Shown one piece after another: positions 21,279 to 30,918 of a stretch of 64,000 nt of DNA. How positions within the stretch are numbered: position 1 is the stretch's first letter; every line of letters starts with the position of its first letter. The position numbers and the translations under genes are program-made. The stretch lies in sequence record PV764602.1; one strand, given 5' to 3'. The notes beneath the pieces were generated by a model, which did not search any database, was not told where the DNA came from, and saw only the letters and a program-made list of their open reading frames with translations.

Positions 21279-21539
21279 ATGAGCGTCAACAATGAACCTG
21301 TAAAGGTTCCTGAGAGCGTGCAGTCTGCACGATTCATCAAGAGCAAGGACGGGACTTTAGCCCGTGTGGTGATACTTCCTACCGCACCCAGCCACAGTGC
21401 AATCACGTCTGACGAACGTATGATGTTGGATATGAGCGACCACATCGAGTATCTGGAACTAATGCTCACAGCCGCAGGCGTACCCTTCAACCCTTATGGG
21501 CTACCACCTGCTCCCGTAAACAAGGAACAAGGAAATTGA
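21279..21539 (+). CDS. Hypothetical protein
   Basis: Co-directional ORF. Confidence 0.55.
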   Translation: MSVNNEPVKVPESVQSARFIKSKDGTLARVVILPTAPSHSAITSDERMMLDMSDHIEYLELMLTAAGVPFNPYGLPPAPVNKEQGN

Positions 21540-21540
21540 A

Positions 21541-22398
21541 ATGTCACTGAGTAATCACGCACGACGCGAACTGGAACTGGCGGGCCTACTGAGCCCGGAG
21601 AGTGACTACGGCGGTATGCTTGGCGATGCCGTGCTCCAGCTGATCGACACCTTCTCTGCGCAAGGCCACAGCGGCGCAAGTGCAGAGGTTGTAATCGACC
21701 TATTTAGCCGGGTCGCCCGCTACGAAATCCTGACGCCCATCGTTGAGGATAAACCGGAGGATTGGCATGACGTGTCAGAGCCCAGCGGATACCCGTGCTT
21801 CCAGCACCGTCGCCTGAGCCGACTGTTCAAGGACGGCGAGGGTGTGATGCGCCTGCATGGTGCAGTGGTCAGCATCGACCCCTCGGGCGAACGCTTCCAC
21901 GGTCCTGCTATCGAGGTCAAGCTGCCGATCATGTCCGACGTCAAGGAACGTCACGTTGACTTTGATGGCAACGAGATTCCGCAGGTTGTGTGGGAGCGTC
22001 TGAACTCTGAGCACCGCGAACTGCTGGACGTTGGCGTCGAAGAGATTGATGACCTCGACGCGCGCAACCTTGTGGTGGAGGAACTGATTCCGGTGCCGAC
22101 CACGCTGACCGGAAGTGACGCAGCACTCGAAGCGGTTCAGTACGCCCACGATCACGAAAAGATTCTCTACACTTCGGTTGACGGCTTCAAGACTCTGCTG
22201 CTCAACGAGAAATTCCTTGCTGATTGGCAGCCCGCAAAGCAGTACAGCCTCATGATCGGGCGCGGCTACTGCGGTACGTGGCATGGCACTCCTGTTGTGA
22301 CCACTGGCTATCTTGACCCGACCAAGTACAACCATCTGATCGGTATCGAAGGTCTGTACTTCACCACTGCTGTATCCACTGATAACGAGGAAAACTAA
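21541..22398 (+). CDS. Hypothetical phage protein
   Basis: RBS; N-terminal HARRELELAG...F..QGHSG.SA recurrent phage motif. Confidence 0.65.
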   Translation: MSLSNHARRELELAGLLSPESDYGGMLGDAVLQLIDTFSAQGHSGASAEVVIDLFSRVARYEILTPIVEDKPEDWHDVSEPSGYPCFQHRRLSRLFKDGEGVMRLHGAVVSIDPSGERFHGPAIEVKLPIMSDVKERHVDFDGNEIPQVVWERLNSEHRELLDVGVEEIDDLDARNLVVEELIPVPTTLTGSDAALEAVQYAHDHEKILYTSVDGFKTLLLNEKFLADWQPAKQYSLMIGRGYCGTWHGTPVVTTGYLDPTKYNHLIGIEGLYFTTAVSTDNEEN

Positions 22399-22976
22399 TG
22401 GCTACTCCGCGCAAGAAGAAGTCGGCTGCACCGAAGGCAAAGAAGGTAGTGAAGCCTGCCAAGCCTGCCAAGACCTTGACCCTGACGGACAAGTTCATCA
22501 ACGGCATCATCAACGGTGACACCCCGCTGACCCATGACCAGCTGGAACTGCTCCAGCGTGCGGTGCTGGTGGCAGATGGCGACGAACCTGCTGCGGCCGA
22601 AGTGGAAAGCAACGCGGTGTCTATCAGCGAGTCCCCGAGGGTGTGGAAGTCGTCGGATCCGGTGAAGCAGGCAGAGCGCAGCGTCACCAACCTCCTGAGC
22701 GATGATGCAGCTGATTGCTGTGAACTCTCGGTGTACAGTGTGGGCAGCCTGCTGACCTACGTGGAATCGGAGTTCAATCAACTGACTGGCGCTCTGAGTC
22801 ATACGGAGGACATGCTCTATCCTGTGCTCAACACTGACGTGCTGGGTATTCCGACTGAATTCGCTGAGACGCCGGATAACGTTGCGTCCAACAACCGCAC
22901 CCTGATCCGACTGCTGAACAACATCCGCAAACTGCGCGGTGAAGTCTACAGTCTCACCCATCGTATCAGCCTGTAA
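22398..22976 (+). CDS. Hypothetical protein, Lys-rich N-terminus, paralog of next gene
   Basis: TAATG coupling; shared SV.SL...SE...L...D...VL pattern. Confidence 0.65.
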   Translation: MATPRKKKSAAPKAKKVVKPAKPAKTLTLTDKFINGIINGDTPLTHDQLELLQRAVLVADGDEPAAAEVESNAVSISESPRVWKSSDPVKQAERSVTNLLSDDAADCCELSVYSVGSLLTYVESEFNQLTGALSHTEDMLYPVLNTDVLGIPTEFAETPDNVASNNRTLIRLLNNIRKLRGEVYSLTHRISL

Positions 22977-22986
22977 GGAACGAACA

Positions 22987-23340
22987 ATGGCTAACCCACG
23001 CATTCCCGGTAAGCTCTCCGGCAAACTCCCCGCTGACAGCAAGGTTGTCGTCACTGGCGTCAAGCGTATCGCTTCGGAAAGCACTGATCCTCTGCCGCCG
23101 TCCTCGGTCCGCTCCTTGATCCAGTCGATTGACAGCGAACTGCGCAACCTGCACGACAACATCACCGAGGTCAACGACACGTTCTCCATCGTGCTGACTG
23201 ACGAAGCTTCGGTCAAGGATGAAGCCAAGATCGCGGATGCTTCATCGTCCGATCTTGTCAACACCCTACTCTCCATGCGTGATCGAATCGTTGAGGCACG
23301 CTTCCGTCTTATCTCGCTGGTGGAGCGGTCCTCTCTGTGA
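22987..23340 (+). CDS. Hypothetical protein, paralog of previous gene
   Basis: RBS AAGGA; ends SL..R.SL. Confidence 0.65.
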   Translation: MANPRIPGKLSGKLPADSKVVVTGVKRIASESTDPLPPSSVRSLIQSIDSELRNLHDNITEVNDTFSIVLTDEASVKDEAKIADASSSDLVNTLLSMRDRIVEARFRLISLVERSSL

Positions 23341-24203
23341 TTCACCTGTACGATGGCAGCTATTTCGCACATCGTAACTTCCACGGGATGCCCAAGCTGA
23401 CCAACAGCAAGGGCAAACCCGTTGGCATGCTGGTCGGTGCTGCGTCTGCGATTCACAAGCTGGCCGCAGACAAGAAGATGGGTCCAACCTTGTTCGCCTT
23501 TGACATTGGCAAGTGCAAGTGGCGTGCAAAGCTGGTCCCTACGTACAAAGCAAATCGTGTGCACGACCCAGACATTGGGGTGCAGATGAAAGTGCTGATG
23601 GACATTGTTGCAGCCTATGGCATCAAGACGTGGGCGAAGGCTGGAGTGGAAGCGGACGACGTGATCGGTACAGTGACACGCATGGCCTTAGAGCAAGGCG
23701 CACGCGTCCGCATCCATACTGGCGACAAGGATATGAACCAGCTTCTGAAAGGAACCAAGGTAGACATTATCCATCCAGTGTCGGGGAAGATCACTACTGA
23801 GGCAACACTCAAGAAGGAGTTTGGTTTCGGTGCTGCACGTTTTGTTGACTACCTAGCGTTGATGGGAGACAGCACTGACGGTTACCCCGGCCTTCCTGAC
23901 TGTGGACCGAAGACGGCCAAGGCGTTGCTTTCTGCCGGTGGATCGGTTAAGGCCATGCTGGCTGACCCGAAGACCGCAGGCAAGCTTGCCAAGACTGTCA
24001 AGGCCAATCTGGAAACGCTGGAGGCTAACTACAAGGTGGCGCGCATCCGTCGCAAGATCGCGCTACCGTTCAGTGTGGACGACTTGACACCTACCAAGAT
24101 CGACACGGAAAAACTGCTGGAGATATTCGACAAATGGGAACTGAATGCAGCAGCCAAGAGGGTGAAGGAAATCAAGAACAGACCGAAGGGTCTGTTCGGG
24201 TAG
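23337..24203 (+). CDS. 5'-3' exonuclease (FEN / Pol I N-terminal / T4 RNase H-like)
   Basis: LYDGS, YKANR, EADDVIG, TGDKDMNQL, LMGDSTDGYPG..DCGPKTA. Confidence 0.92.
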   Translation: MIHLYDGSYFAHRNFHGMPKLTNSKGKPVGMLVGAASAIHKLAADKKMGPTLFAFDIGKCKWRAKLVPTYKANRVHDPDIGVQMKVLMDIVAAYGIKTWAKAGVEADDVIGTVTRMALEQGARVRIHTGDKDMNQLLKGTKVDIIHPVSGKITTEATLKKEFGFGAARFVDYLALMGDSTDGYPGLPDCGPKTAKALLSAGGSVKAMLADPKTAGKLAKTVKANLETLEANYKVARIRRKIALPFSVDDLTPTKIDTEKLLEIFDKWELNAAAKRVKEIKNRPKGLFG

Positions 24204-24372
24204 AGTGGGCAGAAGATCAGTCGAAACTGCCGGACTGGTTCATTGACCAAGCGCTACCTACCGGTACTATCGACAATCGCTGCGTGGAAGTGGACGGCAA
24301 ATCGTATGCCATCGCTAACATCACTGACCCGCGTAGCCTACACGCCATCATCGCATACATGAGGAACTATCA

Positions 24373-24684
24373 ATGAGTGAACGTGCACCTGTAAAGCTGG
24401 ATTACGTGCGTGATATTCTGCCGTGCATCGGCGAGGTTCGGTACGACCGCATCCCCGGCACCACCATCACCGTCTGCACCATTGACGTGCTGCGTGATGG
24501 CAAGTCTGTTGGCTTCCCGGTGACTGGTCAGAGCGCATGCGTATGTGACGGCCAGTTCAACGCGCAGTTCGGGGAGGAGGCTGCGTTCAAGCAGGCCACC
24601 AACAAGATTTGGGAGTTGGAAGGCTACCGACTGGCCCATCGGATCATTGAGCAGGGCGACCATCCTGCCACTTACGAAGGTTGA
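24373..24684 (+). CDS. Phage gp49/66-like family protein
   Basis: TITVC.I...GF.VTGQSACV...FN...GE..A......IWELEGY. Confidence 0.75.
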   Translation: MSERAPVKLDYVRDILPCIGEVRYDRIPGTTITVCTIDVLRDGKSVGFPVTGQSACVCDGQFNAQFGEEAAFKQATNKIWELEGYRLAHRIIEQGDHPATYEG

Positions 24685-24689
24685 AACCG

Positions 24690-24723
24690 AGGCTCCATTC
24701 CCTAGCGGGATGGGGCCTTTTTC
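24690..24723 (+). terminator. Rho-independent terminator
   Basis: AGGCTCCA-T-TCCC/GGGA-TGGGGCCT then TTTTT. Confidence 0.75.
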
Positions 24724-24732
24724 GTATTCGGA

Positions 24733-24744
24733 ATCCTGTAAATA
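24733..24744 (+). promoter_or_regulatory. ATCCTGTAAATA box
   Basis: Exact copy ending 5 nt before the dnaX GTG. Confidence 0.7.
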
Positions 24745-24748
24745 ATCA

Positions 24749-26026
24749 GTGGCAGATGCCTCCATTGGAGAACCCGAAGTGAGCGACACGAAGAGTAAGA
24801 AGAAGTCCAAGAACAAGGATGGGAAGGTCAAGAAGAAGTCCAAGTCTACGGAGGTTGCAGTACCCGTAAGCGATACGGTGGACAATCGCAGCCTCGCTGT
24901 GCGCTGGCGTCCGAAGGACATTGATGACCTCGTTGGTCAGACGGAGATCATCAACAAGTTCAGGGGCATGTTGAAGACCAAGAAGATTCCGGGCGCGATC
25001 CTGCTGGTCGGTCCCACTGGCTGTGGCAAGACCACTGTTAGCCAGATGATCGCTCGGTACGTCAACTGCGAAACCATGAACGCATGTGGCAAGTGTCAGA
25101 ACTGCCTGATGCCGATTGAGTCCCATCCTGACTACGAGCAGGTGAATGCTTCGGAGAAGCGCGGCATCGACGACGTGCGCGCGATCATCCAGCGCAGCAA
25201 GAACCGTCCGCGCCTCGGTAACCTTCGCATCCTGCATCTGGACGAAGTGCACCAGCTTACACCACAGGCTGCTGAGGCCCTGCTGGTGCCTCTGGAGAAG
25301 CCACCGGAACAGACGCTGTATATCCTGAGCACCACCGATCCGCAGATGCTCAAGCAGACGATGCGCAATCGCTGTGTGCCGATGAACATCCAGCTGGTGC
25401 CGACGGCGGACGTAATCAAGCGCATCAAGTTCATCGCAGGGAAGGAGAACATCAAGGTCGGGGATGAGGTGATCGAGCATCTGGCCAACCTGTCGCAGGG
25501 TTACATGCGTGACAGCGTGCAGTTGCTGGAAGCTGTGCAGATGCAGCTGGCTAACAACCCGAAGCTCAGTGCCGACGAACTCAAGGCCATCTTGAGCAAC
25601 AACGCACAAGCTGGTGGTCAGGAAGGTTTGGACGACCTAGCGATCAAGGTGCTGACTGCGTGCTACGGGCTCAATCGTGTTGGCGTCGCCAAGTACATGC
25701 TCGACCTGCGTACCGATTGGGTGCCGTTCCTGTCCAAGTGCATCTGGCTGAATCAGTACATCGTGGATGCGGAACTGACCAAGAACATGCGCTACCACCC
25801 GAACGTGTGGCATAACCCACTCAACAAGCGCTTCGCGTCTGTCATCAAGAACTCGGTCGAGGGCTTCGATCCCAGCAAGGGCAAGGTGATTGAAATGCTC
25901 GCATCGTTGCAGCGTACCCTGATCGACCTCCGACAGAAGTGCATCAGTGGCGGCATTGCCAGCGTCGAGCGGATGATGATTACCTCCCACCTGATCGGCT
26001 GGGTTGTGGATTCCAAGAAGGGATAA
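24749..26026 (+). CDS. dnaX: DNA polymerase III gamma/tau-like clamp loader ATPase
   Basis: RWRPK..DDLVGQ, GPTGCGKTT, CGKCQNC, NASEKRGIDDVR, LDEVHQL, TT.P....T..NRC. Confidence 0.9.
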   Translation: MADASIGEPEVSDTKSKKKSKNKDGKVKKKSKSTEVAVPVSDTVDNRSLAVRWRPKDIDDLVGQTEIINKFRGMLKTKKIPGAILLVGPTGCGKTTVSQMIARYVNCETMNACGKCQNCLMPIESHPDYEQVNASEKRGIDDVRAIIQRSKNRPRLGNLRILHLDEVHQLTPQAAEALLVPLEKPPEQTLYILSTTDPQMLKQTMRNRCVPMNIQLVPTADVIKRIKFIAGKENIKVGDEVIEHLANLSQGYMRDSVQLLEAVQMQLANNPKLSADELKAILSNNAQAGGQEGLDDLAIKVLTACYGLNRVGVAKYMLDLRTDWVPFLSKCIWLNQYIVDAELTKNMRYHPNVWHNPLNKRFASVIKNSVEGFDPSKGKVIEMLASLQRTLIDLRQKCISGGIASVERMMITSHLIGWVVDSKKG

Positions 26027-26265
26027 TGAGCAAGGTCATTGAATACGTCGGGGACGACGCTATGGAGCGGCTGTGCAAAGACATGGCCGCAGACGTGTTG
26101 CAACACACTGATCCATTCAAACGGGCAACCGTGTACGAAGATTTACGCTTGACCCGCAAGATATTCATTAAGCTGCCTTTGGGATGGCACGAAGTAGTGG
26201 GCTTCCACGTCATCGGTACCACTCCTGAAACTGTGCAGCCACTACTCACTATGGTGAACAGATGA
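26026..26265 (+). CDS. Hypothetical protein
   Basis: TAATG coupling. Confidence 0.55.
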   Translation: MSKVIEYVGDDAMERLCKDMAADVLQHTDPFKRATVYEDLRLTRKIFIKLPLGWHEVVGFHVIGTTPETVQPLLTMVNR

Positions 26266-26705
26266 ACACCGATAAGAGCGCCACGACCGAAGCTTTCACC
26301 AAGCGTAACGCCAACCGAAAGAAAGACAATCAAGTAGCCACAGCAAAACGGGATCGCCGTGATGCTCGCCGCAAGACAGTCAAGCTGGCCCGTAAGGTGG
26401 AGCATCTTGAAGGGGAAGTGATTCGGTTGCGCTCAGAAAAGTCTGCCGCGCTGCGCGACGTTCAAATGTTGGGAGCAGAGAACAGCACGCTGGAGGTGGA
26501 GGTGGAAACGCTAACCGCCACCATCGCCGAGCAGGCCGAAGAGTTGGCTGAGGTGTACGCCAAGAAGCACGATGCCGAACGCCAAGCCCGTGAGTGGATG
26601 CTGGCTCGTGGTTGGTGGAAGCGACAGGCAGGGTTGCTGACGTGTGGTGTGATCGGTCTGTTTATCACCATGATGGCCCTCATCTTCAAGAGTAACAATG
26701 GCTAA
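26262..26705 (+). CDS. Coiled-coil protein with C-terminal transmembrane helix
   Basis: Heptad-like central region; LLTCGVIGLFITMMALIF. Confidence 0.6.
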   Translation: MNTDKSATTEAFTKRNANRKKDNQVATAKRDRRDARRKTVKLARKVEHLEGEVIRLRSEKSAALRDVQMLGAENSTLEVEVETLTATIAEQAEELAEVYAKKHDAERQAREWMLARGWWKRQAGLLTCGVIGLFITMMALIFKSNNG

Positions 26706-29013
26706 GAAGCAGAAGCTGGGGTGGCGATTCGGCCACCTCAGCCTCACCAACGTTGTGTATTTCAAGAAGGCGGAGTTAGACCTCGGGTACGAGGGCACCA
26801 CCGTCATCAAAGGTCTGAACAAGAACTCTCGGCTCAAGCGCAAGACCAGCAACGGCGTAGGTAAGTCGGTGTTGGTTGCATCCCTTGCTAACGTGGTGCG
26901 CAACTCGGCACCAGCACTCAGCATCGGCAAGCGCAACAGTGGTGCCAAAACTAGCCTGCTAATCAAACCGAACAGCGCAATTGAGTTTGACGTTCGGTGT
27001 AATGGCAATGACTACGGCATCAAGAAGTACCGGGATAAGTCTGCGTCAGTGAAGTATCAGATCACCGAGAACGGTAAGGACATGAAGTTCCCTACCGCGA
27101 CCAAGGCCGAAGCGCACATCGCTGACACCCTGTTCCCTATTTCGGATGATGAGTTCTACAGTTACGTCTATCTGCATGGCACCCGCACCTTCCCGTTGCA
27201 GATGGGCACCTCCACGGATCGTATGCAGTTCTTCTCTGATATGTTCCGACTGGAGAAGTTCGACTTGGTACGCGCGGCATGTAATGCACGACGCAACGAG
27301 TTGAAGGACAGCGAGATTCGGATCAAGGAGCTACGCAAGCAGCTGGCTACTTTGGACGAAGAAGCGGGACGCGTAGACATTGATATGCTGCGCGCTAGGG
27401 CTGTCAAGTATCAGGGCAAGATCAAGAAGCTGGAGAAGAAGGTCAAACGACTGCGTAGTCGCCAGCGCATCTACACGGTCTACACCACGCACGCGAAGGA
27501 ATGGGAGAAGCTCGACCATAGTATCCCGTTGAAGGACCAGCTGAAACAGGTCAGCGCCAAGATCACGAAGCTGGATGAGGCTGCAACCGCATGGCGCAAG
27601 TACGAACGCCACCAAGATGACTTGACTCGCTGGAAGGCCGAGTACCTCAAAGCCACCGAGAAGGCAGGTAAGCTCACGCTGGAAAAGTGCAGGGAGAAGA
27701 TCGAAAGCGCCAAGCGCGCGGATCGTGATGCACGTCGAGCACTGGATGGGCTGCGCAAGCCCATCCAACCCGAGGCCGTAGCCAAGGCCACGTTCAACCC
27801 TGCTGACTACGGGTTGGAAGGCGACACGTTCAAGCACTGGATCGTGGCAGCCGATAAGGAACGTGCGCGCTTTGAAGCACTGATCGGTCTACAGAAGCAG
27901 ATCAACAAGATCGGTAGCAAGGGTGGCAAGTGTTTCGTGTGTGGCTCGAAAGGCGGGAAGGTCACTGACCATCTTCCCGAGTACGAGAATCAGGCGAAGC
28001 GCTGGCGCAAGGCAACAGAGCAGATCGAAGCAGCACGGGACTACGCTGAGTATCAGGAAGAGGCAGCAGAGTACGAGAAGGAACTGTCGGCATTCAAGAA
28101 GCAGCGCAAGAAGCTGCAAGCGATCCTTGATGACTTGCCCGACGTGTCCAAGTATGAGAAGGCCATCAAGTATCTGGAATGGCTGGAAGAGAATCCCAAG
28201 CCCAAGTGGAAGGGCGACGTTCCTGAGAAGCCCAGCACCAAGGCACGTGACAAGTTGGTTGCACAGCAGTCGGTGATCCGCACCCTGCTACCTGTTGAAG
28301 AACAGTTGAGGGAAGCGGCGCAGATCGACGTTGAGGAACTCCGATCGGCTGACAAGGAATATGAGTCGGTAAGCAAGAAGCTGTCTAACATGGTGGCCAA
28401 GAACGCGGAGCTTGCACCTCGCATTGAGTATCAGGAAAAGCTGCTGCGCGCCATCAAGCAGCTTCGGGCACAGGTACGCAACATTGGCGCAGACTTGGAA
28501 GACCTCCCGATCCTCGATAGCCTGATCGACATTTACTCCAAGAACGGCCGCAAGTTGGAGGTGATGAAACAGTTCGCCCTGAGTCTAGAGCACCACATGA
28601 ACGCTAACGCCCCGCTGGTGTTCCCGGAGCCTATGCGTTTTGAGTTCGTGGTGCAGGCGAACAACTTTAGCATCAACGTCACCCGAGGGACTGGCAAGGA
28701 AGCGCTGACTTCTGACGTTCGGTTCCTTAGTGGTGCCGAGAGTAAGCAGTTCAACCTGTGCCTAGTGAAGTCCCTGCTTCCGATGATCCCTGCCTCGCGC
28801 CGTGCCAACATCATTGTGCTGGACGAATGCGAAGCGAATCTCAGCGAGGCAGCGCGTGACCTGTATGTCAACGACTTCATCCCAGCATTGCAAAAGGTAG
28901 TGCCTCACGTCATCGTCATCACTCCACTAGATGACGTATACCCATCCGCCCGAGTCTTCACCGTGGTCAAGGATGGCAACGAATCCAAACTCATTTCAAC
29001 GGGTATGTCATGA
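26698..29013 (+). CDS. sbcC: SbcC/Rad50 SMC-like ATPase
   Basis: Walker A SNGVGKS, zinc hook CFVC, signature LSGAE, Walker B IVLDE. Confidence 0.92.
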   Translation: MAKKQKLGWRFGHLSLTNVVYFKKAELDLGYEGTTVIKGLNKNSRLKRKTSNGVGKSVLVASLANVVRNSAPALSIGKRNSGAKTSLLIKPNSAIEFDVRCNGNDYGIKKYRDKSASVKYQITENGKDMKFPTATKAEAHIADTLFPISDDEFYSYVYLHGTRTFPLQMGTSTDRMQFFSDMFRLEKFDLVRAACNARRNELKDSEIRIKELRKQLATLDEEAGRVDIDMLRARAVKYQGKIKKLEKKVKRLRSRQRIYTVYTTHAKEWEKLDHSIPLKDQLKQVSAKITKLDEAATAWRKYERHQDDLTRWKAEYLKATEKAGKLTLEKCREKIESAKRADRDARRALDGLRKPIQPEAVAKATFNPADYGLEGDTFKHWIVAADKERARFEALIGLQKQINKIGSKGGKCFVCGSKGGKVTDHLPEYENQAKRWRKATEQIEAARDYAEYQEEAAEYEKELSAFKKQRKKLQAILDDLPDVSKYEKAIKYLEWLEENPKPKWKGDVPEKPSTKARDKLVAQQSVIRTLLPVEEQLREAAQIDVEELRSADKEYESVSKKLSNMVAKNAELAPRIEYQEKLLRAIKQLRAQVRNIGADLEDLPILDSLIDIYSKNGRKLEVMKQFALSLEHHMNANAPLVFPEPMRFEFVVQANNFSINVTRGTGKEALTSDVRFLSGAESKQFNLCLVKSLLPMIPASRRANIIVLDECEANLSEAARDLYVNDFIPALQKVVPHVIVITPLDDVYPSARVFTVVKDGNESKLISTGMS

Positions 29014-29417
29014 ACGACCAAACACCGAACCTACACGTCAGGGTAGTGGACACGCAAGAGACGACCTTAATCGTCCCACCTGAATTCACCACTCCGGGCT
29101 GTTACGATCTTAATGATCCTGCGGTCGGCACCGCAGTCCAGAAGCTGGTACGTATGGCAGCCCATTCCTACGAAGGCGTAACCAACACCGCCGCCAATCG
29201 GGCTGCGATCACAGGTCGCGTCAACGAAGTGTTCACCAACCTGCAAGCGCATGGTGTCTCCTTCTATCGGGGTGAAGTGAAGCCGAGCAATCAAGTAGTG
29301 GGTTTCGTTGCACGCGCCAACCCGCTGCGCCCGAGTGAAATCAACATTGTTCCACTGATGTATAAGTCGCTGGACCTGCACGAAAACGAGGAGACCGAAA
29401 ATGGTAATGAAGAGTGA
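29010..29417 (+). CDS. Hypothetical protein
   Basis: ATGA overlap. Confidence 0.6.
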   Translation: MNDQTPNLHVRVVDTQETTLIVPPEFTTPGCYDLNDPAVGTAVQKLVRMAAHSYEGVTNTAANRAAITGRVNEVFTNLQAHGVSFYRGEVKPSNQVVGFVARANPLRPSEINIVPLMYKSLDLHENEETENGNEE

Positions 29418-29757
29418 GCTAGAGCAGTCCACGGGCGAGTTCGGCAAATTGATTTGGGGAGCGCAGCTGGTATCCATCACGCACGCAGGCAATGAAGTGC
29501 TGTGCGAAATGGAAAGCGGTGAAGTGCTGTGCATTGTAGCGGGCGGCGCCAAGCTGGTAATCAACTTCCCTGACAAGCTGGCTCTGCCTGTACCTGTAGG
29601 CGATTGGGCGATAAACGGGAACACCGCATGCTGCTACGCTGAGGACAAGGAACTTTACTTCCAAATCTATCCCGAAGGTGAGACGCCGTTCGACGCACTC
29701 TCTCCGCACGTTGCCAACATTTATTTCATGAAGAGGAAGACCGATGCAGCAGTTTAA
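29407..29757 (+). CDS. Hypothetical protein
   Basis: Overlapping chain. Confidence 0.55.
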   Translation: MKSELEQSTGEFGKLIWGAQLVSITHAGNEVLCEMESGEVLCIVAGGAKLVINFPDKLALPVPVGDWAINGNTACCYAEDKELYFQIYPEGETPFDALSPHVANIYFMKRKTDAAV

Positions 29758-30118
29758 CCACGTCGAAGAAGCGGGATCGTGGCCCGAGGCGTATGACAAT
29801 GCAGTGAAGGCAGAGCGACGCCTACCGCACTACAGCAATCGGATCATCCATCTGGATGCCAGCATGGAGGGCAGCTTCATTCTAACCATCATCTATCAGC
29901 GCATCGAAGTGCGGATCGCTATGGCAGGTCACTCCAAGACCACCCGTGATGACGTGGAGCGTTGGGCAGAAGTGGTTGCCATTGCCAACGAGGTTGTAAC
30001 CGAGGTCATCGACCACCTGCATGCAAACGGATGCCGTCTCAAGTACAAGCGCAAGACCATCGCCTCCCTCACCGTCAAGGATGACCTGTCGGTCGTCACT
30101 ATCTACCCGGAGAAGTAA
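29744..30118 (+). CDS. Hypothetical protein
   Basis: RBS GAGG, overlapping chain. Confidence 0.6.
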   Translation: MQQFNHVEEAGSWPEAYDNAVKAERRLPHYSNRIIHLDASMEGSFILTIIYQRIEVRIAMAGHSKTTRDDVERWAEVVAIANEVVTEVIDHLHANGCRLKYKRKTIASLTVKDDLSVVTIYPEK

Positions 30119-30119
30119 C

Positions 30120-30515
30120 ATGCAAGAAGCTGGAATCGAAATCCCCTCCATGAGTGTTGAAGAACGTCTCGCCTCCCTCACCCGTGACTTGGCTGCTACC
30201 CGCACGGCACTACAGCAGGCCACGCAGCTGCTCGGTATGAAAGAACTGTTCCTGCAATGCCTGACCTCCGCGCTGCTCACCCAAGGCGTTCGGATCGAGG
30301 CCAACGGCAACGTGGTCAATCAGGCAGCGGACGAACAGCGCGCACTGGTCACTGTGCTGACGCAGAAGCTGGAAGACGTGACTGCGGCCAATGAGAACTA
30401 CGTTCGCATGATCGAAACCGCCCAGCAGAACGTTGAGGCACCCGCTGCGGTCCTGCCGCTGAACACGGAAGCTGCTGCTCCTGCATCTGCTGATGGGGAA
30501 TACCCGGATGACTAA
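30120..30515 (+). CDS. Hypothetical coiled-coil protein
   Basis: ATG 1 nt after upstream stop. Confidence 0.6.
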   Translation: MQEAGIEIPSMSVEERLASLTRDLAATRTALQQATQLLGMKELFLQCLTSALLTQGVRIEANGNVVNQAADEQRALVTVLTQKLEDVTAANENYVRMIETAQQNVEAPAAVLPLNTEAAAPASADGEYPDD

Positions 30516-30918
30516 CTGGTCCCCATCCATCACTCAAGCAATCAGGATTGGCCGTGGTCCTACCCTCGGGCGCGGTCCTGCGGTCAATGGTCAGCGTGAG
30601 GCACCCAAACGTACATCGTATCCCGACGATAGCTTGGGCATGAACAAGGTAGCTCCTGTTCCGCCTATCGCCAAGAAGAACAAAGTAGATGCCAGCGATC
30701 CGTTGCCGCTTATCATCCAGCTACTGCGCATGCTTGGTTACACGAAGATCACTTCCAGTGAACGCATCGCCATGCAGCGCCTGCTGGATGATCCGTCACA
30801 CCCCAAGCACCTGTCGGTCATGCACCAGCTGATTGCAGACCCTCGCAGTATGGAACTGGTCCGTAAGTATTACACCATCATGGGTCATATCCCGAAAGCG
30901 GTGCGTGGCCTGTTCTAA
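30508..30918 (+). CDS. Hypothetical protein
   Basis: Overlapping chain. Confidence 0.55.
   Translation: MTNWSPSITQAIRIGRGPTLGRGPAVNGQREAPKRTSYPDDSLGMNKVAPVPPIAKKNKVDASDPLPLIIQLLRMLGYTKITSSERIAMQRLLDDPSHPKHLSVMHQLIADPRSMELVRKYYTIMGHIPKAVRGLF

Noticed and set aside
24134-24376. ORF between the exonuclease and the gp49/66 gene
   Set aside because: The region may be coding, but no credible start or RBS was found outside the upstream gene, so it was not listed
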